A stretch of DNA of 64,000 bases from Felis catus (Eukaryota). Positions 23,979 through 36,758 of the stretch are shown here, piece by piece (within the stretch, counting starts at the first letter, position 1; every line of letters starts with the position of its first letter). Where the stretch lies: contig NC_058368.1 in NCBI RefSeq assembly GCF_018350175.1, forward strand, positions 95,854,001-95,918,000, in the 5' to 3' direction. Both the position numbers and the translations under genes were made by a program. Under the pieces are notes generated by a model. That model worked only from the letters and a program-made list of their open reading frames with translations, was not told where the DNA came from and searched no databases.

Positions 23979-24103
23979 GGGTGCCTGGGTGGCTCAGTCA
24001 GTTAAGCATCCAACTTGGGCTCCGGGCAGAATCTCATAGCTCATGGGTTTGAGCCCCGTGTCGGGCTCTGTGCGGACAGCTTGGAGCCTGGAGCCTGCTT
24101 CAG

Positions 24104-24163
<60 letters not shown>

Positions 24164-24235
24164 CCTCCCCCATTAGTGCTCTGTATCTCTTTGTCTTTCA
24201 AAAATGAATAAAAACATTTAAAAGAATTTAAAAAA
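23979..24235 (+). mobile_element. Can-SINE with expanded (CT)n
   Basis: SINE body; TSD aaaaaaagtcac on both sides. Confidence 0.95.
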
Positions 24236-25591
24236 AAAGTCACTGTTAAGTCTTCCTGGAACACTGATTCCATTGAGAGAAGGTGCAATATGGTCCATTA
24301 TTTAAGACATTCTGTATTCTTGAAGTCATAAAAAAAAAGTGTATAGTTAGTATTGCTTTAGCTCAACGGTGAATAATGTGATAACTAGAAATATGTAGGT
24401 CATGCCAATTAACAGCACCTGGGTAAAAGCAAGTAAAGTTTAATAAAAGGATAGTTCCCTTTCCCTTTTTTTCGCTGCTCCTAATGTTCCACATTTGTCT
24501 CTCTATTCTTTCAAAATTGGTGAAAAATACCAGGGCTATATGTCTACATTTTCAAGAATAGGATTAAAACAATGAAGATTTTTTGTTTGCAAGATGAGAC
24601 TCTCTTGAAATTACGTCTAGATAGTATTGGACATACATTAGCAGTTTGGTGATAATAGGGATCCATGGTTTTGTTTTGTCTTGTTTTGTTTTGTTTTTAA
24701 TTTTGTTGGGATTGTTGGAATCTTACGGGCTTTTGAGCCACTTACATATAACCACAGAGGCTTTACTTTAAAATCTCTGATTGTAATGCAGAATTCTGTG
24801 TCCCCTAAATGGACATTCCTGTTTATTGTTGATTAGAGAACAATCAGAACTTAAACACCCTTTTAGCAAAGGGCTTCTCACCAGAGCTAATACTGAGATA
24901 CTTACATTTATTATTAAATGTAAACAAGCTCTTAAATTCTGATGTAATTAGCAGAGAATCTATTACATCTTTCAAAACTTACACTATTAAAAATAGTGAA
25001 AGGTAGGCTTTATACCTGAGAGAAAGAGAAAAGAACCATCTTTATTTGGTATTCTCTGTATGCCAGTTTTCATGATGGTTGCAATATAGATCTCATTTTA
25101 AAATGATGAGGTTGTATCTAATGTTGATTATAGATACAGTTAAGAAAAATGCAGGGAGGTTTCGTGAAGTTCAATAATCGTCCAGGTCACACAGCTGGCA
25201 GATATTTCAACTTAGATTCTGTCTGGTTCTCCAGCCCAGGCTCTCTCTGGTGTCTTCCACAGTTTATAGATAACGCAATTACAATCAGAGTAACAATCGG
25301 GTTAGGCATATAGTTACATGCCAGCTTTTTCTGGATGCACTGTTTTATTTAATCTTTATAACAGCCATATGAGGTATGCGAGTCTTTAAAAGTTAGATCT
25401 CTGTTGTTCTGTCTGACTCGAGTGCCTGAACCATAACGTCCACTTTTCTTAAAATCCCTGGCCTATGTCGGAGTCTCTGCTTTATGCACATGTTCTTTCT
25501 GGTGTCATTGTATTAACTAGCTATAGTAGAAATTTATGTAAACAGCATGTATAGAGCAGCTGCTATGTTTATACCACCACAATGGTGCTCA

Positions 25592-25594
<3 letters not shown>

Positions 25595-25627
<33 letters not shown>
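25595..25627 (+). repeat. (TG)n microsatellite
   Basis: Direct reading. Confidence 0.95.
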
Positions 25628-25631
<4 letters not shown>

Positions 25632-26279
25632 TGCCTAATGGACTGGCATCATACAGAGTATGAATGGAAGAACAGAAAGGGTCTCACAAGCAAAAAAAAT
25701 GTACATAGATTCATTTAAAAAAATGGACAAGTACTTAAAATTTGTACTTTAGAAAGTACTGTCTCAGGCAATTAACATCTTTCTTTAGGTTACAGGAAAG
25801 GCCACAAGTAAAATCTTATAACATTTTTTGAGCACGCATGTGTCTGAAACCTGTGAGCCAGCTTATCTTATAGTCAGATAAGCTTCCAGTAGAATGATAA
25901 ATAGAGCAGTTACTCATAAATTACCAATAGAACTGTATGTAAGTATAATGGTCATTTGGAGGGGATACTGATTAATTATGGGTGTGTGGTCATAGGAACA
26001 TATGTTTTCCTAGCTTATTTTAAAAGCAATACAAAATTTTCCAAGGGAACAGAATTGAGGAGGATTTTCAGATATGGTCTGATAGCTATAGCCACAGCTC
26101 CATATTGGAATGAACACATATTCTGGAAGTGGAAAGACACCAGGGTTGGACAGTGTCTGAAAAGAAAGACTGGAAAAAAAATAATGATGTCTTGGATATT
26201 ATGCAATATAATTTGGATGTTTCCTACAGTAAAAAAAAACACATTACATATTTGTAACAATGAGTGTCTTTGTCAAGCA

Positions 26280-26700
26280 GATGGTTTAAATATACATTAG
26301 TGATAGAAGTTGGAAGCAGAGAAATGAAGTGAGAGGCTGCTGTAAGGAAGCTGGTGAGAAAATAATGACATATCATTTGATAGTCTTACACTGGAGGACG
26401 TAGTGCTGGGCTGTGGAGGGTCTGGATTGGAGCAAAATGGTGGATTAGGGTTTTGATGCAGTGGATATGAGGAATGGTCTATGAAATAGCTACAGACAAC
26501 AGTCAGCAGAGTCCAACAACAGAAAAGTCGATGTGAGGCCCATACTTGTTTTAATAAGTACACGTGCTTGAAAGAGTTGAAGTCATTGACATAGAAGCCA
26601 AACCAGGAAGAATTTGTAGAGTAGCTGAGAGGGAAGAAGTCAAGAAATCTTAGGGAGGATCGTAAGGTGTCCGTTCTACAATAGTTGGAGAAATGGAATA
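26280..26700 (-). mobile_element. Degraded L2 fragment
   Basis: Purine-rich tggaagcagagaaatgaagtgagaggctgctgtaa...ggtgagaaataatgaca, typical of antisense L2. Confidence 0.45.
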
Positions 26701-27689
26701 TTTGTTCTATAATAAGAATTCCTTCATCGTGGTAACCTTTACCTCCCTTTCTCTTTATTAAAAAACTTACCTTTAATGGATTTCCTTTAATCTGAATTTC
26801 CTCTCTTGTGTCTTCAAATATTCTTCCATCAAACCACCTTTTCACCTTATCTCTTCTCTGTTTCTCAGTAGATCTGTTGGTGTCTTTATTATGCGCTAGA
26901 TTACTGACCTTCCACATCATTCTTCATTGTCTTGTGTTTTTAAATCAGTCTCAAAATCAGATCGGAATTTACACACGGAACAAAGACCTTCTTTTCATGA
27001 GATCGGAGGATAATTTGCCCTAAGTCGTTCAGTTTTAATCTTTACCTCACTGTGTGAACAACTCGTCCATGTAGACATTTTCCATCATTAACCTAAGAAT
27101 AGGCCATTCTAATCAAGTAATTACTTGAATTGTTGCTTCCTTTATTGAGAATGTGATTTCTTTTTCTTTTCTTATAGAGATAACTGTTGCAAGTTTCATT
27201 TCAAGTCCTACCTCTTGTGTTAGGATATTTCTTATTTCACATTGACATGTCTCTTGATTTTGTCTAAACTACACAGTTTGCATTTTTCTTGTGATTGTGT
27301 GCTTTTTGGAATCTTTAAATGTGCTTTTATCTCTATTTCAATCTTCTTGTAAAAAAAAGCTACTTGTTTTTTTGGATGTAAATAACACACTGCCCATTTT
27401 TAAGCACAGAGTAGACAGACTCTCATGAAATGCCTCTTGAAATCAATTCCATTGTCATGTTGCCTTTGTGATTTTTATTGGGCTCAGAATTTATCGAACT
27501 TCTGTCTATCACTGTTACCATAATTTTTAGAGACTATGCTGTGGCATGAGATCTAGAAACTATTCTAATCCTTCCCAATTGAGCCTGGAAGTGGAAAGGA
27601 AAATGCTCAAATAAGGTCATAGGGTTTAAGGAACAAGCATCTCTCTTACTTGAAAAAGTAAGTCATTGTGGAACATGGCAATATTGCTT

Positions 27690-27904
27690 AAAAATTTTTT
27701 TTTTCTGATGTGTATTTATTTCTTGAGATAGAGACAGCACATGAATGGGGAAGGTGCAGAGAGAGAAGGAGACACAGAATCTGAAGCAGTCTCCAGGCTC
27801 TGAGCTGTCAGCACAGATCCTGACGGTGGGCCCAAACTCAAACCATGAGATCATGACCTGAGCCAAAGTCGGACACTTAATCATCTGAGCCACCCAGGCA
27901 CCCC
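27690..27904 (-). mobile_element. Can-SINE
   Basis: Antisense body; flanks gcaatattg / gcagtattg. Confidence 0.95.
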
Positions 27905-28788
27905 AGCAGTATTGTTTTCTGAAGTTGATGTAGTTTGTAACCAAATTTCGCTCTTTCCAGTGAGGTATGAGCCAGATGAAGTGGGTTTATTCTTTAAGCC
28001 TGGATTTTGATTGGACTTAGGAAAGTAAAATTTCTATACCAAAAGACTTAAGCGGAACAGGTTTGAAAAAAGGAGGTATTGGGAGAACTTTAAAATCAAT
28101 TTCCATCTGTTGGAGATGGCCTGCCTTTTGGAGCTGTTCTGGAATTGCTGACCTTTCCAGGTACTTCCAACTTGAGACTTGATCTTAAGACCCCTATATT
28201 AAACTCTAGTTCCTTGCCAGGATTGGCTGTAATTAATCATAATTAAACCCTGGAAGATTATTGTCACAGCTGAGTTCAAATAAATGTTGGCAGAATTAAT
28301 TTGAAATTAAGTTGGTTAAATGAGTAAGCATCTGACTTCCTTACTCAGTTCACCACCCAAAATGCCTTATAAAAATATATTTTCTGCTGGAAGTTTAGAA
28401 TTTCCTGTTCTGTTCCTGAGAAGATTTTACTGCTTACACCTTTTGGGAATGTTGTAAAGAAAAACTAAGTAATGGTATTAAACACTAGGAAATTTCGAAG
28501 TACTCTATAAATATCAAGTAATGACCAAATTAATTGTAGGAATTCAAAGTAAGAAAAAATTAGCCAAACAGGTTAGTGCCTAAAGGAAAGTTTGACTCAA
28601 ATTGGTTTTGCTGTAAGAAAATCTTTTGAGTTTTCCTAATACCTCCTTTTATCCACCCTTTAAGTATACAGCACATTTTATGTTTCCAGTCAGCATTAGA
28701 TAATTGAATAATTTCTTGAAAAATCTCTGGACAAGGAAAAATGGATTTTGCCGTAAAGTTACTGTTCATTACATATTAAAATATTTAT

Positions 28789-29010
28789 GGGGGCTCCCAG
28801 ATGGCTCAGTCTGTTAAGCATCCAACTCTTGACTTTGGCTTGGGTCGTGATCTCCTGGTTCATGAATTTAAGCCCCATATCAGCCTCTGCGCTGGCGGTG
28901 TGGAGCCTGCTAGAGATTCTGTTGCTCCCCCCTCTGCCCACTCTCTCTCTCTCTCCCTTTCTCCAAATAAATAAATAAATAAATAAATAAAAATAAACCT
29001 AAAAAAAAAA
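28789..29010 (+). mobile_element. Can-SINE with (TAAA)n tail followed by (TA)n
   Basis: ggggctcccagatggctcagt head and body. Confidence 0.93.
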
Positions 29011-29698
29011 TATATATATATATATATATGGCTAACAAAAAACAGTATTTTCCCAAAGATAGGAAGCCATGTTGTGAGAACAAATGGAAAAAAAAAAAAA
29101 AAAAAAAAAAAAAAACAGCAAACAAAAAAACCAAAAAAACTTCATTGTAACAACAAAAAAATACATATAATACTTGAAGTTGCATTCATGAACATTGTTA
29201 CATTACTTTCCCAGTTACTGTATTTTGTACTTGGTCTTAAATGAGCAGAGGTGTTGCATGATGGGTGATTTCATTCTTTCCCCTATCAAACCGCCTCTGA
29301 GTGCCCCCGGTCACTGGTGATGCTCTCAGCAATTCCTGGCCCTCTGGCAGAGCAGAGACAACAGTCCTCTGGAGTCTTTGGAATAACCTGATGCCTTGAT
29401 TCCTTTGGCAGCCCTCCCACATACCCAGCGAGACCTCATTTCCTCCAGGAATCCTTGCTGAGTGTACCCGAGTGTTTGACTTCAACAGCTCCAGGGCTTG
29501 CATCAGTCAGAACTTACCTCTTTCCCAGGGGAGCCCTTTTACTGATGTATTTGCTCAACTTGCTCTTTGTTAGTGCCTAATTAGGGCATTTGGGCCAGAA
29601 ACGGGGAGGGCGCCACGGGTGCTTGATTGAAATCCCTGGCCAGAGCTTCACAGGCAACTTCTAGCTAGTGATTCTGTCACACCTGTCCTGTTACCCGA

Positions 29699-29729
29699 CC
29701 CCCACCCCCACCCCCCACCCCCCGCCCCC
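29699..29729 (-). promoter_or_regulatory. G-quadruplex motif G5-C-G6-T-G6-T-G5-T-G5 containing a GC box (CCCCGCCCC 29720-29728)
   Basis: Motif read directly; function inferred. Confidence 0.5.
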
Positions 29730-30593
29730 AGCCTTATGGAAAATTGCCCCGGGGAGCTCCTGAAATCAAGCCAGTTGAAGTTTTTTATGATTGCCCTCTG
29801 GCAGCCTCAGTGACTGATTTGTTTTATAGTTAAGCTCCTTTGAGTGATCTCAGAAGTGAATGCAGGAGGTTCAAACACCAGCAGCTTGAAACAGAAACCC
29901 AAATCAGTCTCTTTCCCTCGGTCTTCTCCTCTGTTATGGTTAGTCTTGGAGTGGACAGGAGGGGTTTTGCGAGGCAGAGCAGTGGGGCATGAGGTCATCC
30001 TAGGAAGGAAACATAGCCAGGTAGACCATGTGTAGACTCATGGCCTATGAGGAGTAGGGCTCAATTGCATCTCAGAGCAGAAACTAGAGAACATTCCTGT
30101 TAAAATGGATCCTCAGAATCTTACTTAACTGTCCCGGCTGTTGTCCTTTTACACCCACCGGCTTTAAATTCTCTGGGCATGTTCTGCCTCTTGTCAAAGT
30201 CTTACCCTTGGACTGGAAACGCTTCGTTGTTGATGTCTTTTAGGATTTAAAGAAGTTCATGTTTCATAAGGAAAAGAAATGACTGGAAATTTGGTCAGGC
30301 AGAGTAGCTTAAGTAGCAGGTGTCATAGGGGGGGATTTATGCCCATTGCTACCATGAGAGGAGTATGCTATTCGGCTTGTTGATTGGTTAAATGAGGTAT
30401 TTCTGTTCTTTTTTAAATTTTAGAAAGACAATGGAACCCAGATGCCTTTTGCTAGGTGGCACTAAACCTCCAGGTCGAGTGGATGCATTCAGATAATGTC
30501 TTCAGCCAGTAGTATGTGGACCGCTGGGAAAACTAAGTGGCTAATTTCCTCTTTCCATGCAAGTAGAACCTACTTAAAATATTACATATCAAC

Positions 30594-30795
30594 GGCACCT
30601 GAGTGGCTCAACTGGTTAAGCATCTGACTCTTGGTTTTGGCTCAGGTCATGATCTCACAGTTTTGTGAGATCGAGTCCTGCATAGGGCTCTGTACTTAAG
30701 GCATGGAGCCTCCTTGAGATTGTGTCTCCGTCTCTCCACCACTCCCCTGCTCACTCTCTCTTTCTCTTTCTCAAAAATAAATAAACCTTTAAAAA
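30594..30795 (+). mobile_element. Can-SINE
   Basis: Body and tail; flanks attacatatcaa / attacatgtcaa. Confidence 0.93.
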
Positions 30796-33168
30796 GTGAA
30801 AAATTACATGTCAAATATCAGTGAAAAATTATTTACTACTTAATGAATATAATACATCTCTAAGGATATGATGTTGTGTTGCTCAAGATGGCAATACCTA
30901 TGTGGCAGGCAGTAGAAATAGAAGGAAAAAGTGACCCAGGAAATGTTGAAAAATAAACAGGGCTGCTTCATGAAAAGCTGGCTGTGGCGACTCAGGTCCA
31001 ACCGATTTTGCCGTACCTAAGATTGCTAGTCTTTCTGCCAGAGAAAAGACAAAAATTCATGTTTTCCCCCTCAATTTGCAAATATTCCCATAAAATTTAT
31101 CATCTAAAACAAAATTTTGGTGGCATACCTCATGGATCCGACTTACCCATGAGTTGCCAGTTTATGACCTTTTTCATAAAGTCAGACAGGGAACACTGGA
31201 GGTAGATTATAAAATTGTTATTTATGGCTTAACTTTCAGAGTAGGAAATAGAGCAAGTTACTCCATATAGAGCTTTTACTATTCCCTCATTTGTTTTTAT
31301 GATGCTAAAAAAATACAAAGTAGTATCAGAAACCCTTTCAGGGGAGCTTAACTGTTGACCATATTTCCCTTTTGCCCTTATTAGAGAAGTTATATGTCTG
31401 TTAAACCTTCTCACATTGCAATCCAAAAAATTGCGTCTTACTTTGCTTCCTTTGCCACATTCTCTTTTGAACTGTTCTCAGTAAGCCTGCACTGGATGAA
31501 GGCAAATCTTCCCTTTCTCTAGGCATCTTGCTCACAAGAAGAGAAAAGGGTTTGGTGCTATGGACCATGAATATTCATAGGGTATAGCTCCCTTCTTCAA
31601 CTAGAAAAGTCTTCTCAGTCAACTGGACTCATGTCGCTTTCTCCCTCCTTTCAGATACATTTCTTATTTCCTCCATTTCTTCGCTAGTAGATGGACTAAA
31701 TCCTGATGCTCTAAGCAGCTATGATTTTTGGCATTCTCAGCCATTTCAGATACTTGATTATAGATATCTTTGAATTTAGAAATACATTGGATTTTGTCAT
31801 GTATGAAGAGAAGACAGGAGAGCTGTTATTTCCACTCCTAGGTCTTTTTGACACGTCTCACATAAGGAGGAATACTTATCCTGATGATGTCTATAAGCCA
31901 TTTTGGGCATGAGTTTTCTTTCCTACCCTTGTCTGCAAATGCACATGCTGTTTGCTTCCTTATGAAATTCAGCATCGCCACAGTAGAGGGACCTTCTGAC
32001 GACCTCTACTATGTACAATTAAGCTGCATACTCCCTCTTATTCCAAGACCTTTTTATTAAAGTTGGTAGGAAATACCACTCATGTGGACAGCTTATAGAC
32101 TCAGGAGAGACTCTGTGAAAGGAAAAAATCAACCAAATAGTGATTTTGTGTCTCCACAGTGGTACCTTGATTTGATCAGCATTCTGAGTTTATCTCATCG
32201 AGACCAAGCTTATGCTTTCTATGAGATGTTCTTGTTCATTTTCAAGCCAATTAGAGTTAAGTGTTCAGTAAGATGCCTTGAGGTGCAGTGTGTTACAAAC
32301 TTTAGCAATCGCCAAATCCATTACATCAAGTGCATTTTTTTTCACGTGATAATGGAGACTCATGGCAACAAAATCAACATGGAAGAAATAATTTCACCTC
32401 TTTCTCCATATTCTGTTTCCTGTTTGCTTCATTATTTTCCAGACACTCACAAATAGATCTCCCTGTGTCTTTCTAATAATATAAATTCCTGTGATTTATA
32501 TCACAATAATGTTTATGAGTGTATCTTGGATTCCCAGATGTTTCAGAAAACTGTTCCCTTAACCTCCCCAGCTCACATTGACCTCTGCCCATTGCTGTAC
32601 GTTTGGCCACAAATTTATACATTTTTTTTTTGAGATCGAAAACTCAGGCTGGAAGCAGTTTTGGTTATCAGAACTTGTGGTCACATTCTTCCCTAGTCAT
32701 AAATAATAGCACACAGCAGAGAAATCTATGTGGATATACTCTAATGCAGAACAAAATAGAACATAGGTGACAGATGAATTTAAATTACAGACTTTGCCCA
32801 AACATCTCAGTAGAATAAATCACTTTAAGAGCTGCCAGTTTCCCCTCGGACATGGAGATGTCTCCCTTCAAAAACCCCAACTCAGAATTGGCAAATGATC
32901 GCTCTGTCTGGACTCCGCGTGACGAGTAGACAGAGGCTTGTCCCCTGTGTGCCACATGGTTGACAATTTTACACAGCTTCCACCTTTACTAATCTCCACA
33001 AAGCTGAAAATTCTAGAGGGGGGGGGGTGACATCTCTAGAGCCACAGGATTTCCATCCATTGTCTTCCCCTAGCACCTTATGTATCTTGTCCTGTGTTAC
33101 CATAGTTTAGCATTGAAATGCCATATTTGAATCCTCCTGCTCCTTTTTTTTTTTTTTGTCTCACATTT

Positions 33169-33234
33169 TTCTTCTTCTTCTTCTTCTTCTTCTTCTTCTT
33201 CTTCTTCTTCTTCTTCTTCTTCTTCTTCTTCTTC
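33169..33234 (+). repeat. Pure (TTC)22 (GAA-TTC) trinucleotide repeat
   Basis: 66 uninterrupted nt, flanked by T runs. Confidence 0.97.
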
Positions 33235-33429
33235 TTTTTTTTTTGAAGTGAGAAAATGTGAACCTCACTGTTGGAATGCCTAATCTGAAGTGACTTGAAC
33301 TGGTAGATGTTAATGACCTGTAGAAAGCCTAAAGCCAGAATGGTTTTAAACTAGTTTAACTCAACAACTTGAGTTTCATTTTTACCTCAAAGTGTTCTTT
33401 AGTGTTTTCTAGACATTTCCCCCCCAAAT

Positions 33430-33445
33430 TTCTTTTATCTCTATC

Positions 33446-33487
<42 letters not shown>

Positions 33488-33642
33488 ATCTATCTATCTA
33501 TTTTTGAGAGAAAGTAGGGGACAGAGGATCCCAAGCAGGCTCTGTGCTGACTGCAAAGAGCCCGATGGGAGGACTCAAACTCAGGAGATCACAGCCTGAG
33601 CCCAACTCTGTCACTTAACTGTCTAAGCCACGTAGGCACCCC
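33430..33642 (-). mobile_element. Can-SINE with (TCTA)n tetranucleotide in the tail (~33437-33500)
   Basis: Antisense body; flanks ccccccaaattt / cccctcaaattt. Confidence 0.9.
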
Positions 33643-33806
33643 TCCCCTCAAATTTTTAAATCATTTCTCTCTCAACATGCATCCCTTGGATATGAGATCT
33701 TCTTGAGTTTTATTTTGTGTGTGAGCCTGCATGCAATGTGTCCATCCATCTCTAGTTTCATAGTCAAGTTCCTAAGTGTCACCTGTCTTTAAAGGGTGGT
33801 GCTGCT

Positions 33807-34017
33807 GGGGCACCTGGGTGGCTCAGTCAGTTAAGTGCCCAACTTCAGCTCAGGTCATGATCTCGCGGTTTGTGAGTTTGAGCCCCACATAGGGCTCTGT
33901 GCTGACAGCTCAGAGCCTAGAGCCTGCTTCTGATTCTGTCTCCCTCTCTTTCTGCTCCTCCCCTATTCTCTCTCTCTCTCTCTCTCAAAAATGAATAAAC
34001 ATTAAAAAAAAAAAATT
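33807..34017 (+). mobile_element. Can-SINE
   Basis: TSD aaagggtggtgctgct / aaagggtggcactgct. Confidence 0.95.
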
Positions 34018-34171
34018 AAAGGGTGGCACTGCTGATGGGGCAAAAAGAGAAGATAGAATTTTGTGTTTGACTCATTCAAACTTTGATCTTACCTGCGTTA
34101 CAAGTTTTATTCTTGACTTCTTAAAATTTATTTTTCAGGTCTTCTTCTTTAAAAAAAATCTGCCCTTTCCT

Positions 34172-34385
34172 GGGGCACCTGGGTGGCTCAGTCAGTTGGG
34201 CGTCTGACGTCAGCTCAGGTCATGATCTCATGGTTCGTGAGTTCAAGCCCCATGTGGGGCTCTGTGCTGACAGCTCAGAGCCTGAAGCCTGCTTGGGATT
34301 CTGTGTCTCCCTCTCTCTCTGCCCTTCCCACATTCACACTCCGTCTTGCTCAAAAATAAATAAACATTAATTTTTTTTGTTTTTA
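34172..34385 (+). mobile_element. Can-SINE
   Basis: TSD aaatctgccctttc. Confidence 0.95.
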
Positions 34386-35357
34386 AATCTGCCCTTTCGT
34401 AACTATTTACAATGCTTCTGAAGAGGCAGAAAGTTCTGGACCTGACAGGCTATGGTTGACCGCCCTCCAAATGCCGACCCTGGGACTGCCTCACTTTGCA
34501 TCGAGCATGTGCATCTAGCTGCTGCTTGCTGTCTACTATTGTAATTCAGTATAAGTTTGGGCAGCCTGTTTCTTTTTTATCCTTACATATTTCTGTTTTT
34601 TTTTTGTTGTTGTTGTTTGTTTTTTGTTGTTGTTCTTTGTTGTTTGTTTGTTTTTTTTATCTTAGTGCCTTAATTAGATGGGAATGCAAGGTCCGGTGTT
34701 AAGGTCAGCACCCAGACGGTCTGTTAACGAAATCTTATTTGGTTGCTCAGGAGAGTGAAATTATTATATACCGCAGAATCCAGATTTATGAACATTTGAG
34801 TGTTTTTGCTCAAGTGTTCATTTTTACCTTGGCAATTTAGTCCATCTGTTTTTTATTCTGTTTACTCTTAATTCCTTACAACTAGTTACGGAGTGATGCG
34901 TGTTTCCTTTGGAGATCTTTTTAACCTTTCATTTTGATAAATGTCTACCATACACAGAAGTCAGCAGAACAGTCCCCTGGACCCCGTGCAACTGTGGCCC
35001 AGTACAAGCAAGCAACTGGAATGTTCTGCAGACTGCTTCACCCCTAGCCTCACCTCCCTCCATCTCCCTCGCTCCTCGTGCACAGCAAGATCTGACATTA
35101 AATTATTTCACCAACAAATATTTCAGTTGGTACTGCCATAACAAATGTATTCTCTTTTTAAAACGTAAACAAAATACTATCTTATCCCCCAAAGATCAAT
35201 GAATAGTACTAAATAACATCAAACAGCCAATAAGGGTTCACAATTATAATTACCTTATAAATGTAACGGTCTTTAAAATAACAGAATCAAATTAAAACCC
35301 ATGCATTTTAATTGACATGTTTCTGAGTTCTTTTTTAAAAAAACTTAATTTTAGCAG

Positions 35358-35556
35358 TTTTTTTAATTTAATTTTTTTTAACATGTATTTATTCTTGAGA
35401 GAAAGAATGAGCAAAGGAGGGGCAGAGAAAGGAGGACAGAGGATCCAAAGTGGACTCTGAGCTCACAGCCTGATGCAGAACTTGAATTCAGGAACCATGA
35501 GGTTGTGTCCTGAGCCGAAGCCATGTGCTTAACCAATAGAGCCACCCAGGCGCCCC
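35358..35556 (-). mobile_element. Can-SINE
   Basis: Antisense body ending gccacccaggcgcccc; flanks taattttag. Confidence 0.92.
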
Positions 35557-35636
35557 TAATTTTAGGATAGTTTTAACATTTATGGAAACATACACAGATG
35601 TTGCCGAGAGCTTCTGTTGTGGTTGATTTATTTTTC

Positions 35637-36758
35637 TGTGATGGTTAAGTTTATGTGTCAACTTGACTGGCTCTGAGTGGCCCAGAGTAAACATTATTTC
35701 TGGGTGTACGTATGGGTGTCCAGACGAGATCAGCATTTGAATCAATGGACTGTTAGGTTATCCTGCTCAATGTGTGTTGTCACTCAATCCACTGAGGGCC
35801 TTCAGAACAAAAGGCAGAGGGAGGAAGAATTCACCCCTTTTCTCCTGCCCCACTGGTTGAGCTGGGGTACCTCATCTTCTCTTCTGCCCCTGGACTGGGA
35901 TTTACACCATTGGCTACCATAGTTCTTGGGCCTTTGCACTCAGATTGCATTACACCACCAGCTTTCCTGGGTTTCCAGCCTGTAGATGGCAGATGGTGGG
36001 ACTTCTCAGTCTCATGATCACATGAGTCAGTCTCTCGTGATCTCTATATACATATATACCTATGTGTATATACACACACATTGTTTATATATATATATAA
36101 ATATAATTTATATAATGTATAAATTAATAAATTATATAAATATTAATAAATTATGTAAATATATAAATAAATATGTATATATAAATAGTTTTATGTATGC
36201 ATTTATATATAAATATAAGTGCATATTTATGTATAAATACTTACACATATTTATATGCATATACATATTTATGTACATATATATGTATATATACATATTT
36301 ATATGTATAAATACTTATACATAAATATGCATTTATATTTTTATATAAATGCATATATAAAAATACATATAAATATTTATTTTTATTTATATATAAATAA
36401 AAATATGTATTTTATATGTATGCATATTTATATATAAATATATATATAATATATTTATAGATACATATTTATATAATTTGTTAATATTTTATATAATTTA
36501 TTAATTAATTTATACATTTATATATAATATATAAATAATATATAAATATATAAATATATAAATATAAATAAATATATAAGTATATAAATAAATTATATAT
36601 AATATATAAATAAATATATATTATATATATAAAGAATATATAAATAATATATTATTTATATATTATACATGTATTTAAATATATATGTGTGTATATATAT
36701 ACACACACACGTATTTATATATTTGGTTCTATTTCTCTGGAAAACTATGGCTAATATA
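35637..36758 (+). mobile_element. MLT2-type (ERVL) solo LTR with a hugely expanded internal AT-rich tract
   Basis: Canonical start tgtgatggttaagtttatgtgtcaacttgactgg and end tggttctatttctctggaaaactatggctaata. Confidence 0.88.
36040..36720. repeat. ~680-bp (TA)n-derived low-complexity AT island
   Basis: Direct reading; almost devoid of G/C. Confidence 0.95.

Noticed and set aside
26297..26920. Longest ORF (207 aa, - strand) with a donor-like aag|gtaagt at ~26765-26773
   Set aside because: Overlaps a degraded L2-like purine-rich tract; no recognisable domain and no matching acceptor
29088..29165. Long A runs suggesting a retrocopy poly(A) tail
   Set aside because: No upstream coding similarity, poly(A) signal or TSD identified
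30424..30473. Possible + strand exon (ttttag|AAAGAC...CCAG|gtcgag)
   Set aside because: Weak donor, 50 nt, and stops (KDNGTQMPFARWH*) in the phase set by the 893-925 exon
35986..36437. Ile/Tyr-rich ORFs
   Set aside because: Translation of (TA)n low-complexity DNA
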